From Promethearchaeum syntrophicum (GTDB taxonomy: Archaea; Asgardarchaeota; Lokiarchaeia; Sigyniarchaeales; Promethearchaeaceae): a stretch of 32,000 nt of DNA. The notes beneath the pieces are model-generated. The model made no database searches, was not told the origin of the DNA, and worked only from the letters and a program-made list of their open reading frames with translations. Both the position numbers and the translations under genes were made by a program. The stretch spans positions 480,001 through 512,000 of the forward strand of contig NZ_CP042905.2 in the NCBI RefSeq assembly GCF_008000775.2, in the 5' to 3' direction. Position 1 is the first letter of the stretch; each line of letters starts with the position of its first letter. Of this stretch, positions 9,453 through 18,729 are shown in pieces.

Positions 9453-10772
9453 TTAATATAGAAAATTCCGACGATCCGAGTGATCTTTCTTTGATTTATT
9501 TTTATTTGGATTATAACTCGATCTTCTAGGTTGAGATTTTTGATCTGTTCTTCTATATCCTTGCTTTTGAGAACTTTGTTTATTTGATCCTCTATTCCAA
9601 TTTTCATTTCCTTGTCTTTTAGGTAGTGGTCTTTTTTCAATTTCCTTATTCATGAATCCTTCAATTCGTGTTAACGTTCTATATTGATCTGATTGAACCA
9701 ATGAAATAGCAGTACCTTTCTCGACTTTTCCTGAAGTTCCAGTAACTCGCGCAGTTCGTCCAATTCTGTGAACATAGTTTTCTTCGAATTCAGGCAGGTC
9801 ATAATTAAAGACATGGCTGACTTTTTCAATATCAAGACCGCGAGCGGCGACATCAGTAGCTATCAAACAATTTATTTTCCTTTTTCTGAATTTGTCTAAT
9901 ACTACTTCTCTTTTTCGTTGAGTTAGATTTCCTGATATGAGTTCTGGTTTCAAATTAAGGTTTTTCTCGTCAATTATTCTACCAAAAAGCCAATCTCCAG
10001 TTCTTTTTGTGTTCACGAATATCATACAATGTTTTGGGTGTTCCTTTCGAATTATTCTGATGAAATGGTAATATTTATCGCGTTTATCATCAAACATGTA
10101 ATAAAATTGATGGCAATTTCCCACCGTTAAGGAATCCTTGGAAACATCGATTTCAATAATGTTTTTTCCATGAGTAAACCGCTTAGCTAGAGATTTTACC
10201 TGCTCTAACATGGTTGCTGAAAAAAGCATCATCCTTGGAGTTAAATTTTTCATCGCTTGTAAAAGAAGAAATTCAATGTCAGGCATAAAGCCCATATCTA
10301 ACATCCGATCTGCTTCGTCTAAAACTACGAATTTCACTTCTCGAAAATTAATTCTATTACGATTGTATAAATCAATTAAACGCCCCGGTGTTGCTACGAC
10401 GATTTGTGAACCGTCTTGGATCGTTCTTATTTGTCGTTCTATAGAGACTCCACCATATACTTGGACAATATTTAACTTTGAAAATTGTGTCAGAGAAACG
10501 AAAACTTCTGCAACCTGTTTACATAATTCTCGCGTTGGAACTAGAATAATTGCTTGTATTTTTTTTTGATTATTATCTATATTTTGCGCTATTGGAATTG
10601 CAAATGCTAATGTTTTTCCTGAACCCGTTCTTGCTTGAGCCATGATATGGCTCTTTGGATTGTCTAACGCTTGTGGAATTGTTTGTTTTTGGATTGGGGT
10701 TGGATTAAAAATCTCCATTTCCTCCAATCCTTGAAAAATCGCTTGTTTTAAATTCATATCTTGAAAATTCAT
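9453..10772 (-). CDS. DEAD-box ATP-dependent RNA helicase with basic low-complexity C-terminal tail
   Basis: PTPIQ, AQARTGSGKT, PTRELCKQ, TPGRLIDL, VLDEADRMLDMGF, MLFSAT, ATDVAARGLDI, HRIGRTART. The track ORF begins at 10799; the ATG at 10772 (MNFQDMNLKQAIFQGL) is the better start. Confidence 0.95.
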   Translation of the reverse strand: MNFQDMNLKQAIFQGLEEMEIFNPTPIQKQTIPQALDNPKSHIMAQARTGSGKTLAFAIPIAQNIDNNQKKIQAIILVPTRELCKQVAEVFVSLTQFSKLNIVQVYGGVSIERQIRTIQDGSQIVVATPGRLIDLYNRNRINFREVKFVVLDEADRMLDMGFMPDIEFLLLQAMKNLTPRMMLFSATMLEQVKSLAKRFTHGKNIIEIDVSKDSLTVGNCHQFYYMFDDKRDKYYHFIRIIRKEHPKHCMIFVNTKRTGDWLFGRIIDEKNLNLKPELISGNLTQRKREVVLDKFRKRKINCLIATDVAARGLDIEKVSHVFNYDLPEFEENYVHRIGRTARVTGTSGKVEKGTAISLVQSDQYRTLTRIEGFMNKEIEKRPLPKRQGNENWNRGSNKQSSQKQGYRRTDQKSQPRRSSYNPNKNKSKKDHSDRRNFLY

Positions 10773-11009
10773 GTGCTTTACCTTGAAAAAAAGTATCAAA
10801 TACTCAAATAATTAAATGATTTATTGATAAAGAAATTTTTGGTTGATGAATTCAAAATTTTAGACGACAAAAAAAATATAGAGGTTTATTTGGAATTTTC
10901 CTTAAAAAAACAATATAAATAGATGGATTTTTATTTTATTTATAACTGCGTTAGATTGAAATTTACAACCAAAACATAAACAAAAACAAAGTTACAAGAA
11001 GATAATAGG

Positions 11010-11174
11010 ATGATTCCCTTGACAGTAGAGGTTAAAACAATGAAAGATTCGATGATATGTAGTAAATGCGGATCTCTAATGGCATATCGAAGGAGAATTA
11101 CATTTCGAGGGACCACTATTAAGATAAAGCAGTGTACTGTTTGTAAACATTATGAATCATTGAACAATATCTAA
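11010..11174 (+). CDS. Small (54 aa) zinc-ribbon protein, below the ORF-track length cutoff
   Basis: My translation: MIPLTVEVKTMKDSMICSKCGSLMAYRRRITFRGTTIKIKQCTVCKHYESLNNI*. Two CxxC knuckles (CSKC, CTVC) separated by a basic beta-like segment. An internal ATG at 11040 is an alternative start. Confidence 0.6.
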   Translation: MIPLTVEVKTMKDSMICSKCGSLMAYRRRITFRGTTIKIKQCTVCKHYESLNNI

Positions 11175-11253
11175 TTATATTGAATAATGATGTTTTTTTC
11201 GATAATTTTTATTGAAAATTCTTTATATCTCGCTAATCCATTTGTATCTTAGT

Positions 11254-13071
11254 ATGATTTTGAACGAATTTTCACCGACACATCATGCAATTTTATTTGG
11301 ATATATAGCCAAAGAAATTATTTCATCTTATGACCAAAAAGGTATTTATGCATTAAAGCAAGCAATTAGAAGATATGGAAAGGAACGCGGTCAACGAATG
11401 GCTCAAAGAGCGATTTTTAATGGAGATGAACTTTCAATGGAAAATTTCTTAGCCTATGGAGAATGGATTCCTGGGTCTGAACCTATGGTTAGTACAGTTG
11501 TGAAAACGACTCCAAATTTAATAACTCATATCCAACGATGTCCATGGGTAGATGCGTGGAATCAAGAAAATCTTCTAGAATTTGGAAAGATTTATTGTTC
11601 AGTGATTGATGAAGCTCTTGTAAATGGATTTAATTCGGATTTAACACTGAAAATCCATTCTACTCTCTCTTTCGGAGATAATAATTGTGAGTTTGAATAC
11701 TGCAACGTTGCCCTTACTCCTGAAGTTCAAAAATCAATTGATGAAAAAAAAATTCAATTGGGAAAATCGAGATTAAAATCTTGGGAATATCATACGGCAC
11801 ACCTTTATTTTACATTGCTTAATGAACTGCAAAAAGAATTTGGGGAAGATGTAAAAACCATAGTTATTAATGCATTAGCTAAATTTGCTAAAAATTTTGG
11901 TCAAAACCTTCAAAATGTTGTCTTATCATACAATAATATCGATTTTACAACTATTCACTATCCAACAACCAAAATCACTATTATAGGATTCGGACATCTA
12001 ATGCAATCTTTGTTTTCAAGTATTAGAGAATTTATCGGGCAAGAAAATATCGGTGTTAATGTAAATGCGACTACAGCAGACCAGAATATTAATACAAGAC
12101 AAAATTTAGAAAAAGATTTCGGAATCAAATTATATTTTCAAAATAATTTACTAGCACTTCAAAACCTTCATCCTGATATAATTTTTTTCGCTCCCCCCCC
12201 TAACATCGCTCCTTCTCTCATTGAATCGGATTTAAAAGATTATATACAACATTTAAGAAAACAGAACCTTCCTTTACCTGATATTGTAGCATTTCCTCCT
12301 ATTCCTCCTAATCCTTTTTATCAAGAAATTCTTGGAGAAGATATTCGAATATGTACAGTGTTGCCAAATGACATAAGGGAAATTGAAAGCATTCCTCTCT
12401 ACCATGAAGGGCATCATTTTTGTTCGTTCTCTTCTAATTGGCCAATTAAAAATTATGAACGAATCTATCAACTTTTTATTAGGTTTGGAGAAATGATTGA
12501 TATACCCCTAAATGAAGTTTTACCATTGCTCATAACGAGAGTAGTTGTTAGTGGTTTAGCTTATTTCGCCATTTCCCTCCAAAATTTAGAGATTCCAATA
12601 CTAATAATTGATAAAAAGATATCAATCCAATCAATTTCAAAAATATGGGATATTCAATTTAAATTAATAACCAGAAATTACTCTAAAGAAAATAAATTTG
12701 AAAATTTTGCCTCGAAAATCGCCCTAGAAAAGATCTTTTCCAGTTTTTATGATGGTCTGGTTGGATATATGAAATCTCAATCCCTTAACAATGCAAAGTA
12801 TCAAACCATTGTAAATAAAATGATAGATCTGATTTTTCGTTTAATGAAAAACTCTCATAAGAAAGAACTTAACCAAAACATAATAACTGCAGCGACCAAA
12901 GGAGGATTATTAGAGCTTTGCATGAGATTTTATGATAGAAACATATTTCCAAGATTAAATAAGTTGGAGCTTGATGAAAATGTTAACCAAATCGTTTATA
13001 ACGAGTTATCGGTGGAATTCACGCAGATGTGTAATGCAATTTTGAATCATGGAAAAAATTTGTTAAAATAA
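11254..13071 (+). CDS. Fusion protein: N-terminal L-2-amino-thiazoline-4-carboxylic acid (ATC) hydrolase-like domain + C-terminal pyrroline-5-carboxylate reductase (ProC)-like NAD(P)-binding domain
   Basis: N-term: CPWVDAWNQENLLEFGKIYCSVIDEALVNGFNSDLTLKIHSTLSFGDNNCEFEY (ATC hydrolase pattern). C-term: ITIIGFGHLMQSLFSSI...HPDIIFFAPPP...RICTVLPNDI...VVVSGLAYFAISL (ProC-like). Track start 11212 is TTG; the ATG at 11254 (MILNEFSPTHHAILFGY) is preferred. Confidence 0.7.
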   Translation: MILNEFSPTHHAILFGYIAKEIISSYDQKGIYALKQAIRRYGKERGQRMAQRAIFNGDELSMENFLAYGEWIPGSEPMVSTVVKTTPNLITHIQRCPWVDAWNQENLLEFGKIYCSVIDEALVNGFNSDLTLKIHSTLSFGDNNCEFEYCNVALTPEVQKSIDEKKIQLGKSRLKSWEYHTAHLYFTLLNELQKEFGEDVKTIVINALAKFAKNFGQNLQNVVLSYNNIDFTTIHYPTTKITIIGFGHLMQSLFSSIREFIGQENIGVNVNATTADQNINTRQNLEKDFGIKLYFQNNLLALQNLHPDIIFFAPPPNIAPSLIESDLKDYIQHLRKQNLPLPDIVAFPPIPPNPFYQEILGEDIRICTVLPNDIREIESIPLYHEGHHFCSFSSNWPIKNYERIYQLFIRFGEMIDIPLNEVLPLLITRVVVSGLAYFAISLQNLEIPILIIDKKISIQSISKIWDIQFKLITRNYSKENKFENFASKIALEKIFSSFYDGLVGYMKSQSLNNAKYQTIVNKMIDLIFRLMKNSHKKELNQNIITAATKGGLLELCMRFYDRNIFPRLNKLELDENVNQIVYNELSVEFTQMCNAILNHGKNLLK

Positions 13072-13103
13072 TGAACGAAAAATAAAAATTGATAAAAACT
13101 TTC

Positions 13104-13424
13104 TTAATTTTCTAAATCAAGTTTATCAATAACTTGTTGAATCGTCATATCGGGAGCTTTAATGAGAAATATTTTTGTATGAGAAGTGTGACCTCTAATT
13201 ATAGAAATACTAGATTTAGAAATACCTATTGTTTTACTCAATAGTTTAATAATTGAATTATTAGCTTTCCCTTTAACGGGGGGACTATTAATATCAACCC
13301 GAAGCATTTCACCATCTTGATAAATTCTGTTCCGTTTAGAGTTTGTTTTAACATTAATCTTAACAATGTAGCTGCCTAGATGGTTCGGATCTACAGTAAC
13401 TGATTTATTTCCTTTTTCTCTCAT
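13104..13424 (-). CDS. DUF167/YggU family protein
   Basis: IVKINVKTNSKRNRI...LRVDINSPPVKGKANNSIIKLLSKTIGISKSSISIIRGHTSHTKIFLI matches the YggU pattern. Confidence 0.9.
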   Translation of the reverse strand: MREKGNKSVTVDPNHLGSYIVKINVKTNSKRNRIYQDGEMLRVDINSPPVKGKANNSIIKLLSKTIGISKSSISIIRGHTSHTKIFLIKAPDMTIQQVIDKLDLEN

Positions 13425-13437
13425 GATTATTTACACG

Positions 13438-14604
13438 TTATTTTATTTTTCGAATATATTCATTTCCAAAAGTTTCCTGTCCTCCAACCAAAATCTGGTA
13501 TGTTTTGATCGGTTTCAAATCATTAAAGCCTGGAACATTAATGCATTCCTGTAAGAGTCCTCGGATCTCTACATCATCCCCATTATTATAATATCCCACA
13601 AGTTCATGCTCATAGACAATTAAGCGAGTAATATCTTGTGGACTAGCTTTTGTTTCATCTTTGATAGTTTCGCATGAGATCTTAAATAAGCTAGGATAAT
13701 AATAACCAAATTCACATGATTCGATTTTAGCTTGAATGGTGATATTTTTAATAGATTTAAAAATAGTTTCAGGAGAAAATAAGGGATATCTCAATAATTC
13801 CTGAAGATTTGGGGCAAAAGTAATGGATACTTTCCTATTATTGAAGAATATAAGATAGTTTTTTTTATAGATATACTCAAAACACTCTTCCATCGGGAGC
13901 CCAGTTTTAATTGCCATTTTCTCCGCTAGAGGAAGAATCTCGATTTTTTTGAACCTACGTAGTCCTTTGCTTTCAGATGATAAATTTTTTGAGTTATTAA
14001 CTATTTTAGTAAATTCTGTACCATATATCATAATATCAATATCAGAATTTTCGTGATGAGCTCTCCATAGTATTGATCCAGTGATTCCAATTTTTGAAAT
14101 ATTGATTTTAAAAAAGGATTCCAATGTAGTACCAACTTCAATTGATTCTCTTTCTAAATTATCAAGTTTTTGTTTTTCACTGAAATCTTTGGATATAAAC
14201 GTTGATAATAATTCTTTGAATCGTTGTTGTGGTTTCCAATGTTTTTGAATCTGGCTATGAGGGATCATTATCATTGGCATTTGAAATATTGTTGAAAAAG
14301 ATTTGTAAGCATTATATTCAATATTTGCATTGGCTGATTTTGAAGAGTAATTTGGTAATATTCTAACGAAGAGATCATTTGAATCTCTTTGTTTCCAATA
14401 TCTAAAGTCATGATTTTTTATTTTACTAATCGGATCGTTAGAAGGAATGAAATTCTGATGGGTATTTTTAGATTCTACAGGTGAGACTTTTTTATATTTT
14501 TGTAATGCAAAGATTCCTTTTTTAGTGTGGATTGAACCTATAACTTGGTAAATATCACCCTTCTCATCTTGTATATAATCTCGATCTTGAAAGATTTCGT
14601 TCAT
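13438..14604 (-). CDS. Predicted nucleotidyltransferase (archaeal COG1665-like)
   Basis: Minimal NTase motif GITGSILWRAHHENSDIDIMIYG (GS..DxD) plus archaeal-type flanking regions. Confidence 0.75.
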   Translation of the reverse strand: MNEIFQDRDYIQDEKGDIYQVIGSIHTKKGIFALQKYKKVSPVESKNTHQNFIPSNDPISKIKNHDFRYWKQRDSNDLFVRILPNYSSKSANANIEYNAYKSFSTIFQMPMIMIPHSQIQKHWKPQQRFKELLSTFISKDFSEKQKLDNLERESIEVGTTLESFFKINISKIGITGSILWRAHHENSDIDIMIYGTEFTKIVNNSKNLSSESKGLRRFKKIEILPLAEKMAIKTGLPMEECFEYIYKKNYLIFFNNRKVSITFAPNLQELLRYPLFSPETIFKSIKNITIQAKIESCEFGYYYPSLFKISCETIKDETKASPQDITRLIVYEHELVGYYNNGDDVEIRGLLQECINVPGFNDLKPIKTYQILVGGQETFGNEYIRKIK

Positions 14605-14641
14605 TTTTATTCCATTTAATCTTTTAATTTGAATTTTTCAT

Positions 14642-16024
14642 CTAATTATTATTAATTGAATTAATTATATCATCAATTTCGTTCGTGAGTAAAGGGTAAT
14701 TTTCAGGATCAATTCTCATCCCTCCGGCTAACCCATGTCCTCCTCCAGATCCTCCAAACCGATTAGTGATTTCTTTAATGATTGCATTTGTTCCTTTTCC
14801 ATTGTGATTCTTAATAAATAATTGAGAACATCTTACTGAAAATTTCATATTTCCTTCTTTCGCCATACCTCCGATAAAAAGAGCTTTTTCTTCATCATAA
14901 ATCTTATTGATTGTAGCAAAACTACCAATATTAGACCATCTACTAACATCAATTTTATTTGTTAGATCAACAAATATTGCCGATTTTGTTACAATTTTCT
15001 TCAATTTAAGAAATGTCGTTAAATTTGAAACAATTGCATTATTATGTTTATAATATTTAATTTTGAGATTTTTTGGTACATTATTTAGAGTTAACAATTT
15101 AAATGCTTCAGAAGGGTTATCATGACCAACAATGGAGATTAGAGCGGCATATTCAAAAACATGATGGAGTATCCCCTTTTTTTTGGGAAATGTTATATAT
15201 TCGCCCTTAAGTTCTGGAAGATTTAGTTCATTAACTACATTATTGATTTGGGCAGAATTTAAATCCGTAATTTTTAATTTGGGATCAATATTTAATTTTT
15301 GAAGAAGAATCCTCGCTTTATCTCGATCTCCCTCTAAACTGGGAATGTATGGTAAAATTGACATAGATAAAGCTTTATCTAATCTTTCAAATTGTCCTCC
15401 AAACGCGCAAATTCCTTTATGAAGTTCAATTTGTCCTAATTCGAGAGCTTCTTCAATCACAAGTTTATTATAAGATTTGTAGTTGTTGATATGATCTAAT
15501 GTGTCTCCACCCATTCCAATAGCTGCTAACCAAGCTAAATCTTTATTTCGTTCATCAATTTCCCTGGCAAATAAATAATTTAATGTAACTCCCACAATTT
15601 CTTTTAGACCATTTAATCCAAAGAGGGTAGGATTACAATTATATACATTTTCAGGAAATTCTCTCAGTGGATCTTTCTTGAATAAGTGGTGATCTATAAT
15701 GTATATATCAAAATTAGGATATTTTTCTAATAAATCGCAAATAATTGCTCCTGATGGTTCCAAATCTGAAAATATTATCGCGCAAGGGCTTTTAAATGAT
15801 TTTCCTAAGTTAAATATATAATTTTTCCAAGAAACATCAAGATTAAATGCATATTGTTTAAATTTAAGACCTAGTCTCTCGAGCATTTTTTTAATTATAG
15901 CACCTGAGCTAATTCCGTCTGCATCTGTGTGGTGAATAGATATGATTTCTTTATATTTTGCTTTATTTTCTAAAAATTCTAATGCTGTCGTTTCTAAATA
16001 ATTTTCAAATTTCTGGTTAATCAT
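14642..16024 (-). CDS. DHH-family phosphoesterase (RecJ-like)
   Basis: HHTDADGISSGAI, IFSDLEPSG, YIIDHHLF, AAIGMGGDTLDH, FGGSGGGHGLAGGM (DHH and DHHA1 motifs). Start reassigned from 16054 to the ATG at 16024 (MINQKFENYLE). Confidence 0.88.
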   Translation of the reverse strand: MINQKFENYLETTALEFLENKAKYKEIISIHHTDADGISSGAIIKKMLERLGLKFKQYAFNLDVSWKNYIFNLGKSFKSPCAIIFSDLEPSGAIICDLLEKYPNFDIYIIDHHLFKKDPLREFPENVYNCNPTLFGLNGLKEIVGVTLNYLFAREIDERNKDLAWLAAIGMGGDTLDHINNYKSYNKLVIEEALELGQIELHKGICAFGGQFERLDKALSMSILPYIPSLEGDRDKARILLQKLNIDPKLKITDLNSAQINNVVNELNLPELKGEYITFPKKKGILHHVFEYAALISIVGHDNPSEAFKLLTLNNVPKNLKIKYYKHNNAIVSNLTTFLKLKKIVTKSAIFVDLTNKIDVSRWSNIGSFATINKIYDEEKALFIGGMAKEGNMKFSVRCSQLFIKNHNGKGTNAIIKEITNRFGGSGGGHGLAGGMRIDPENYPLLTNEIDDIINSINNN

Positions 16025-16222
16025 CTTATACAAATGATATAACACATTACCCAAAATAAAAACACCAATTTTTTTTTATTCGATTCAAATCTTCATAAAT
16101 GTGATACAAGAAAACATCAAACCGAAGAAAATTTATGATAAAAAATGATGTTTATTAAATCTCTGTTAAAAATCTCTATAATCCTAAAAAAAAATTTAAA
16201 ATTTAGTAAAGTGTAAATTAAA

Positions 16223-17956
16223 ATGGTAAAATTACGCCCTATTTCCTGGTTCATCATATGTTTATTCCTATTTTCATTCGCATTCCAAATCAATTATAAT
16301 GGTCAAATGCAAACTAATTTCCAAAATTCACTTGATTCATACGAGCAAGGTCCTATGTCTTCACAAGATGATGACGATATAATGGTTTGGGGAGAGGAGG
16401 GAGAAGGACCACAAGCAATATTGGATTATCCATTAAATTCACTAGGTGAAATTGAAATTGTCTCTTTATATCTAAATGAAGATCCAACTCAAGATAATTT
16501 TTATCCAATAAGTTCTAATTTTCTTAATTATACTCATCACGATCCCAATTTTGAGGGCACAATTGCAAATGCTAGCGCTGAAAGAGCAATTGGGGAAGAA
16601 GATCCCAGAACTAGCGATGTTATCATTCAAATTTCAGAATCCGTGATCTGGTCATATAATGAATCTGTTACCGAATTTATTGTTGGTTTTTCACCAGTTC
16701 TTCAAACAGCATTTCTTGAAACAATGTATTTGGATGGAGATGAATTAAATTCTTCAGAATATTTCGTAAATTCTACTGGGACTGGTGTTGATGAGACTTA
16801 TAATTTTTATTATGATTTTGAAGATATTTTTGAGAATACTAAGGATGAATTTAATTTAACATACGTCTATAACCTAATATTCCCAATTACTGAATGGTCA
16901 GTATCTAATACAGAACCTACCAATTATATTTCAGAAACTAATCAAACATTTACCCAAGAATTCTCATATCATGTATCTTTTGGCGAAAATAATTCCCAAA
17001 TTAACACTCTGGCTTTTTTAAAGTTTTATTTACCCAACTATCAAGATATTTATGAACCTGTTCTAGAAAATTATAATAATCTAACATTACCCTCAGACCA
17101 ATATTCTCTAACGGACAACATTTTAACCTTCACTAATAGAATTTATTTAAATGAAACTAATTCTTTAGATTTAACCTTTAAAGCAAATTTTACAGTAGAA
17201 ATGCTTGAAGTCGTTGATGGTTTATGGTCCGAAGATCGGTTGGTTGAAGGTTTAAATATTCGAGAACGAGATTATAAAATCACAATTACTGATGGACCTG
17301 CTAATTTAATTCTTAAAAATATCGGAATTAATGATACAGGAATACATTTTGATCACCTATATGATGGGAAAGATAGCGCAAGAAGTGCTCTAAATAGATA
17401 TGTAGTCATTGAAAATATGAATATATCAACTGGACAAGGACTCCTCCCAAATGATACCGATGCTATAACTGAGTTTGTTGAGGGAATCTTCTTTTTACAC
17501 AATGTTGAATCTAGCGAATATGAACCATATTGGCTATTAAAAAATGAAATAGATATAATAACCATCAAATATGCTCCAGCATTCGATCTTTCAATAATTT
17601 TATTGGATAGAATTAGTACTCCGGTTGAGGGATATAGTGTTAAATTATTTATTGGCGACATTTTATACGGAACAAGCATTAATAATTTCACAAATATGCC
17701 ATATCCTATGTTGAGTTCTGATGAAAATGGTGAAATTGTTTTTCACTCCGTTCCAATTGCAAATTATACAATTGAAATCTATGATAGAAACGGAAATTAT
17801 CTTGAAAACGCGACAGTCACTCCTTTGGAAGAAGTCAATAATGTTTTAACTGGAATTCTACATTATCCTTTAGTAATATTATTCTTTACAGGAATAGGTT
17901 CCGCATTCATTGTAATTGGATATATAATTTTTAAGAAAAATTCCCTAGTCAAATGA
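16223..17956 (+). CDS. Secreted, C-terminally membrane-anchored surface protein
   Basis: N-terminal signal segment (PISWFIICLFLFSFAFQ), many N-x-S/T sequons in the ectodomain, a carboxypeptidase-regulatory-like beta segment (LDRISTPVEGYSVKLFIGDILYGTSINN...GEIVFHSVPIANYTIEIYD), and a C-terminal TM helix followed by KKNSLVK. Confidence 0.75.
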   Translation: MVKLRPISWFIICLFLFSFAFQINYNGQMQTNFQNSLDSYEQGPMSSQDDDDIMVWGEEGEGPQAILDYPLNSLGEIEIVSLYLNEDPTQDNFYPISSNFLNYTHHDPNFEGTIANASAERAIGEEDPRTSDVIIQISESVIWSYNESVTEFIVGFSPVLQTAFLETMYLDGDELNSSEYFVNSTGTGVDETYNFYYDFEDIFENTKDEFNLTYVYNLIFPITEWSVSNTEPTNYISETNQTFTQEFSYHVSFGENNSQINTLAFLKFYLPNYQDIYEPVLENYNNLTLPSDQYSLTDNILTFTNRIYLNETNSLDLTFKANFTVEMLEVVDGLWSEDRLVEGLNIRERDYKITITDGPANLILKNIGINDTGIHFDHLYDGKDSARSALNRYVVIENMNISTGQGLLPNDTDAITEFVEGIFFLHNVESSEYEPYWLLKNEIDIITIKYAPAFDLSIILLDRISTPVEGYSVKLFIGDILYGTSINNFTNMPYPMLSSDENGEIVFHSVPIANYTIEIYDRNGNYLENATVTPLEEVNNVLTGILHYPLVILFFTGIGSAFIVIGYIIFKKNSLVK

Positions 17957-18017
17957 TTTCAAACATCTGAAATCAAAATCTTTTTTCATTTCTTCTTCTT
18001 ATTTTTCAAGGTAGATC

Positions 18018-18341
18018 ATGATAGTATATAATTATGAAAATCTTGAAGATTTTCTCAAAGCATTATCCAAACGTATCAATAATGAAGTTTTTTCCCAATA
18101 TATCGAGTCAAAAAGCACCCCTGATATTACCTCTGGTGATTTTAAATTAATTTTGCAATTCTTAGGAAAACCTGATATCAATAACACGACATTAATTGCA
18201 CTATATCAGTGTGTAATAAGAATTAAAACAATTAAAGAAAGAAATGACACAATAGAAGAGTTGAAAAAAGCTTTTGAAGCTGCAGGGGCAATTTCATTAA
18301 TTCAAGGGTGGATTAAAGAAATTTTCCAATCAATTTCTTAA
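18018..18341 (+). CDS. Hypothetical protein, 107 aa
   Basis: ORF between two confidently assigned genes; helical character, no recognised motif. Confidence 0.5.
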   Translation: MIVYNYENLEDFLKALSKRINNEVFSQYIESKSTPDITSGDFKLILQFLGKPDINNTTLIALYQCVIRIKTIKERNDTIEELKKAFEAAGAISLIQGWIKEIFQSIS

Positions 18342-18344
18342 TCT

Positions 18345-18674
18345 TTAATCGCAATTCACTTTATCCTTGGGAAGATATCTTTCCTTAATAAAAAGAAGTT
18401 TGGCTTGGGAATCTGTCTTATTTTTTAATCCATGAGTTTCAAATGCCTCCAATCGGATTGCAGTTCCTTTGGGTGCGTTAAATTCCTTATCTTTTAATAC
18501 AAAGGTCATGGTTCCTTCAGTGATATAAAATGTTTCTCCCATTTTTTCATGATAATGAGGGGGTTTTTCTTGGCCTGGTTGAAGTGTGATAAGTCCCCAA
18601 TCAATATCTGGACCTCGATTCATATATTTAACACCATTATCATCTATCAATTTATCCTCAAAAATTATTTTCAT
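18345..18674 (-). CDS. Cupin-domain protein
   Basis: ITLQPGQEKPPHYHEKMGETFYITEGTMTFVLKDKEFNAPKGTAIRLEAFETHGLKN: both cupin motifs with metal-ligand His/Glu. Confidence 0.92.
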   Translation of the reverse strand: MKIIFEDKLIDDNGVKYMNRGPDIDWGLITLQPGQEKPPHYHEKMGETFYITEGTMTFVLKDKEFNAPKGTAIRLEAFETHGLKNKTDSQAKLLFIKERYLPKDKVNCD

Positions 18675-18729
18675 CTTTTTCTCCTTCTATTTTAATTTTC
18701 TATTTTTTTTTCAATGGTTTCCTTAGCAA

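Noticed and set aside
9446-9640. 64-aa ORF on minus strand near the helicase C-terminus
   Set aside because: Alternate frame inside the helicase tail; its Lys/Ile-rich composition is explained by AT-rich coding sequence.
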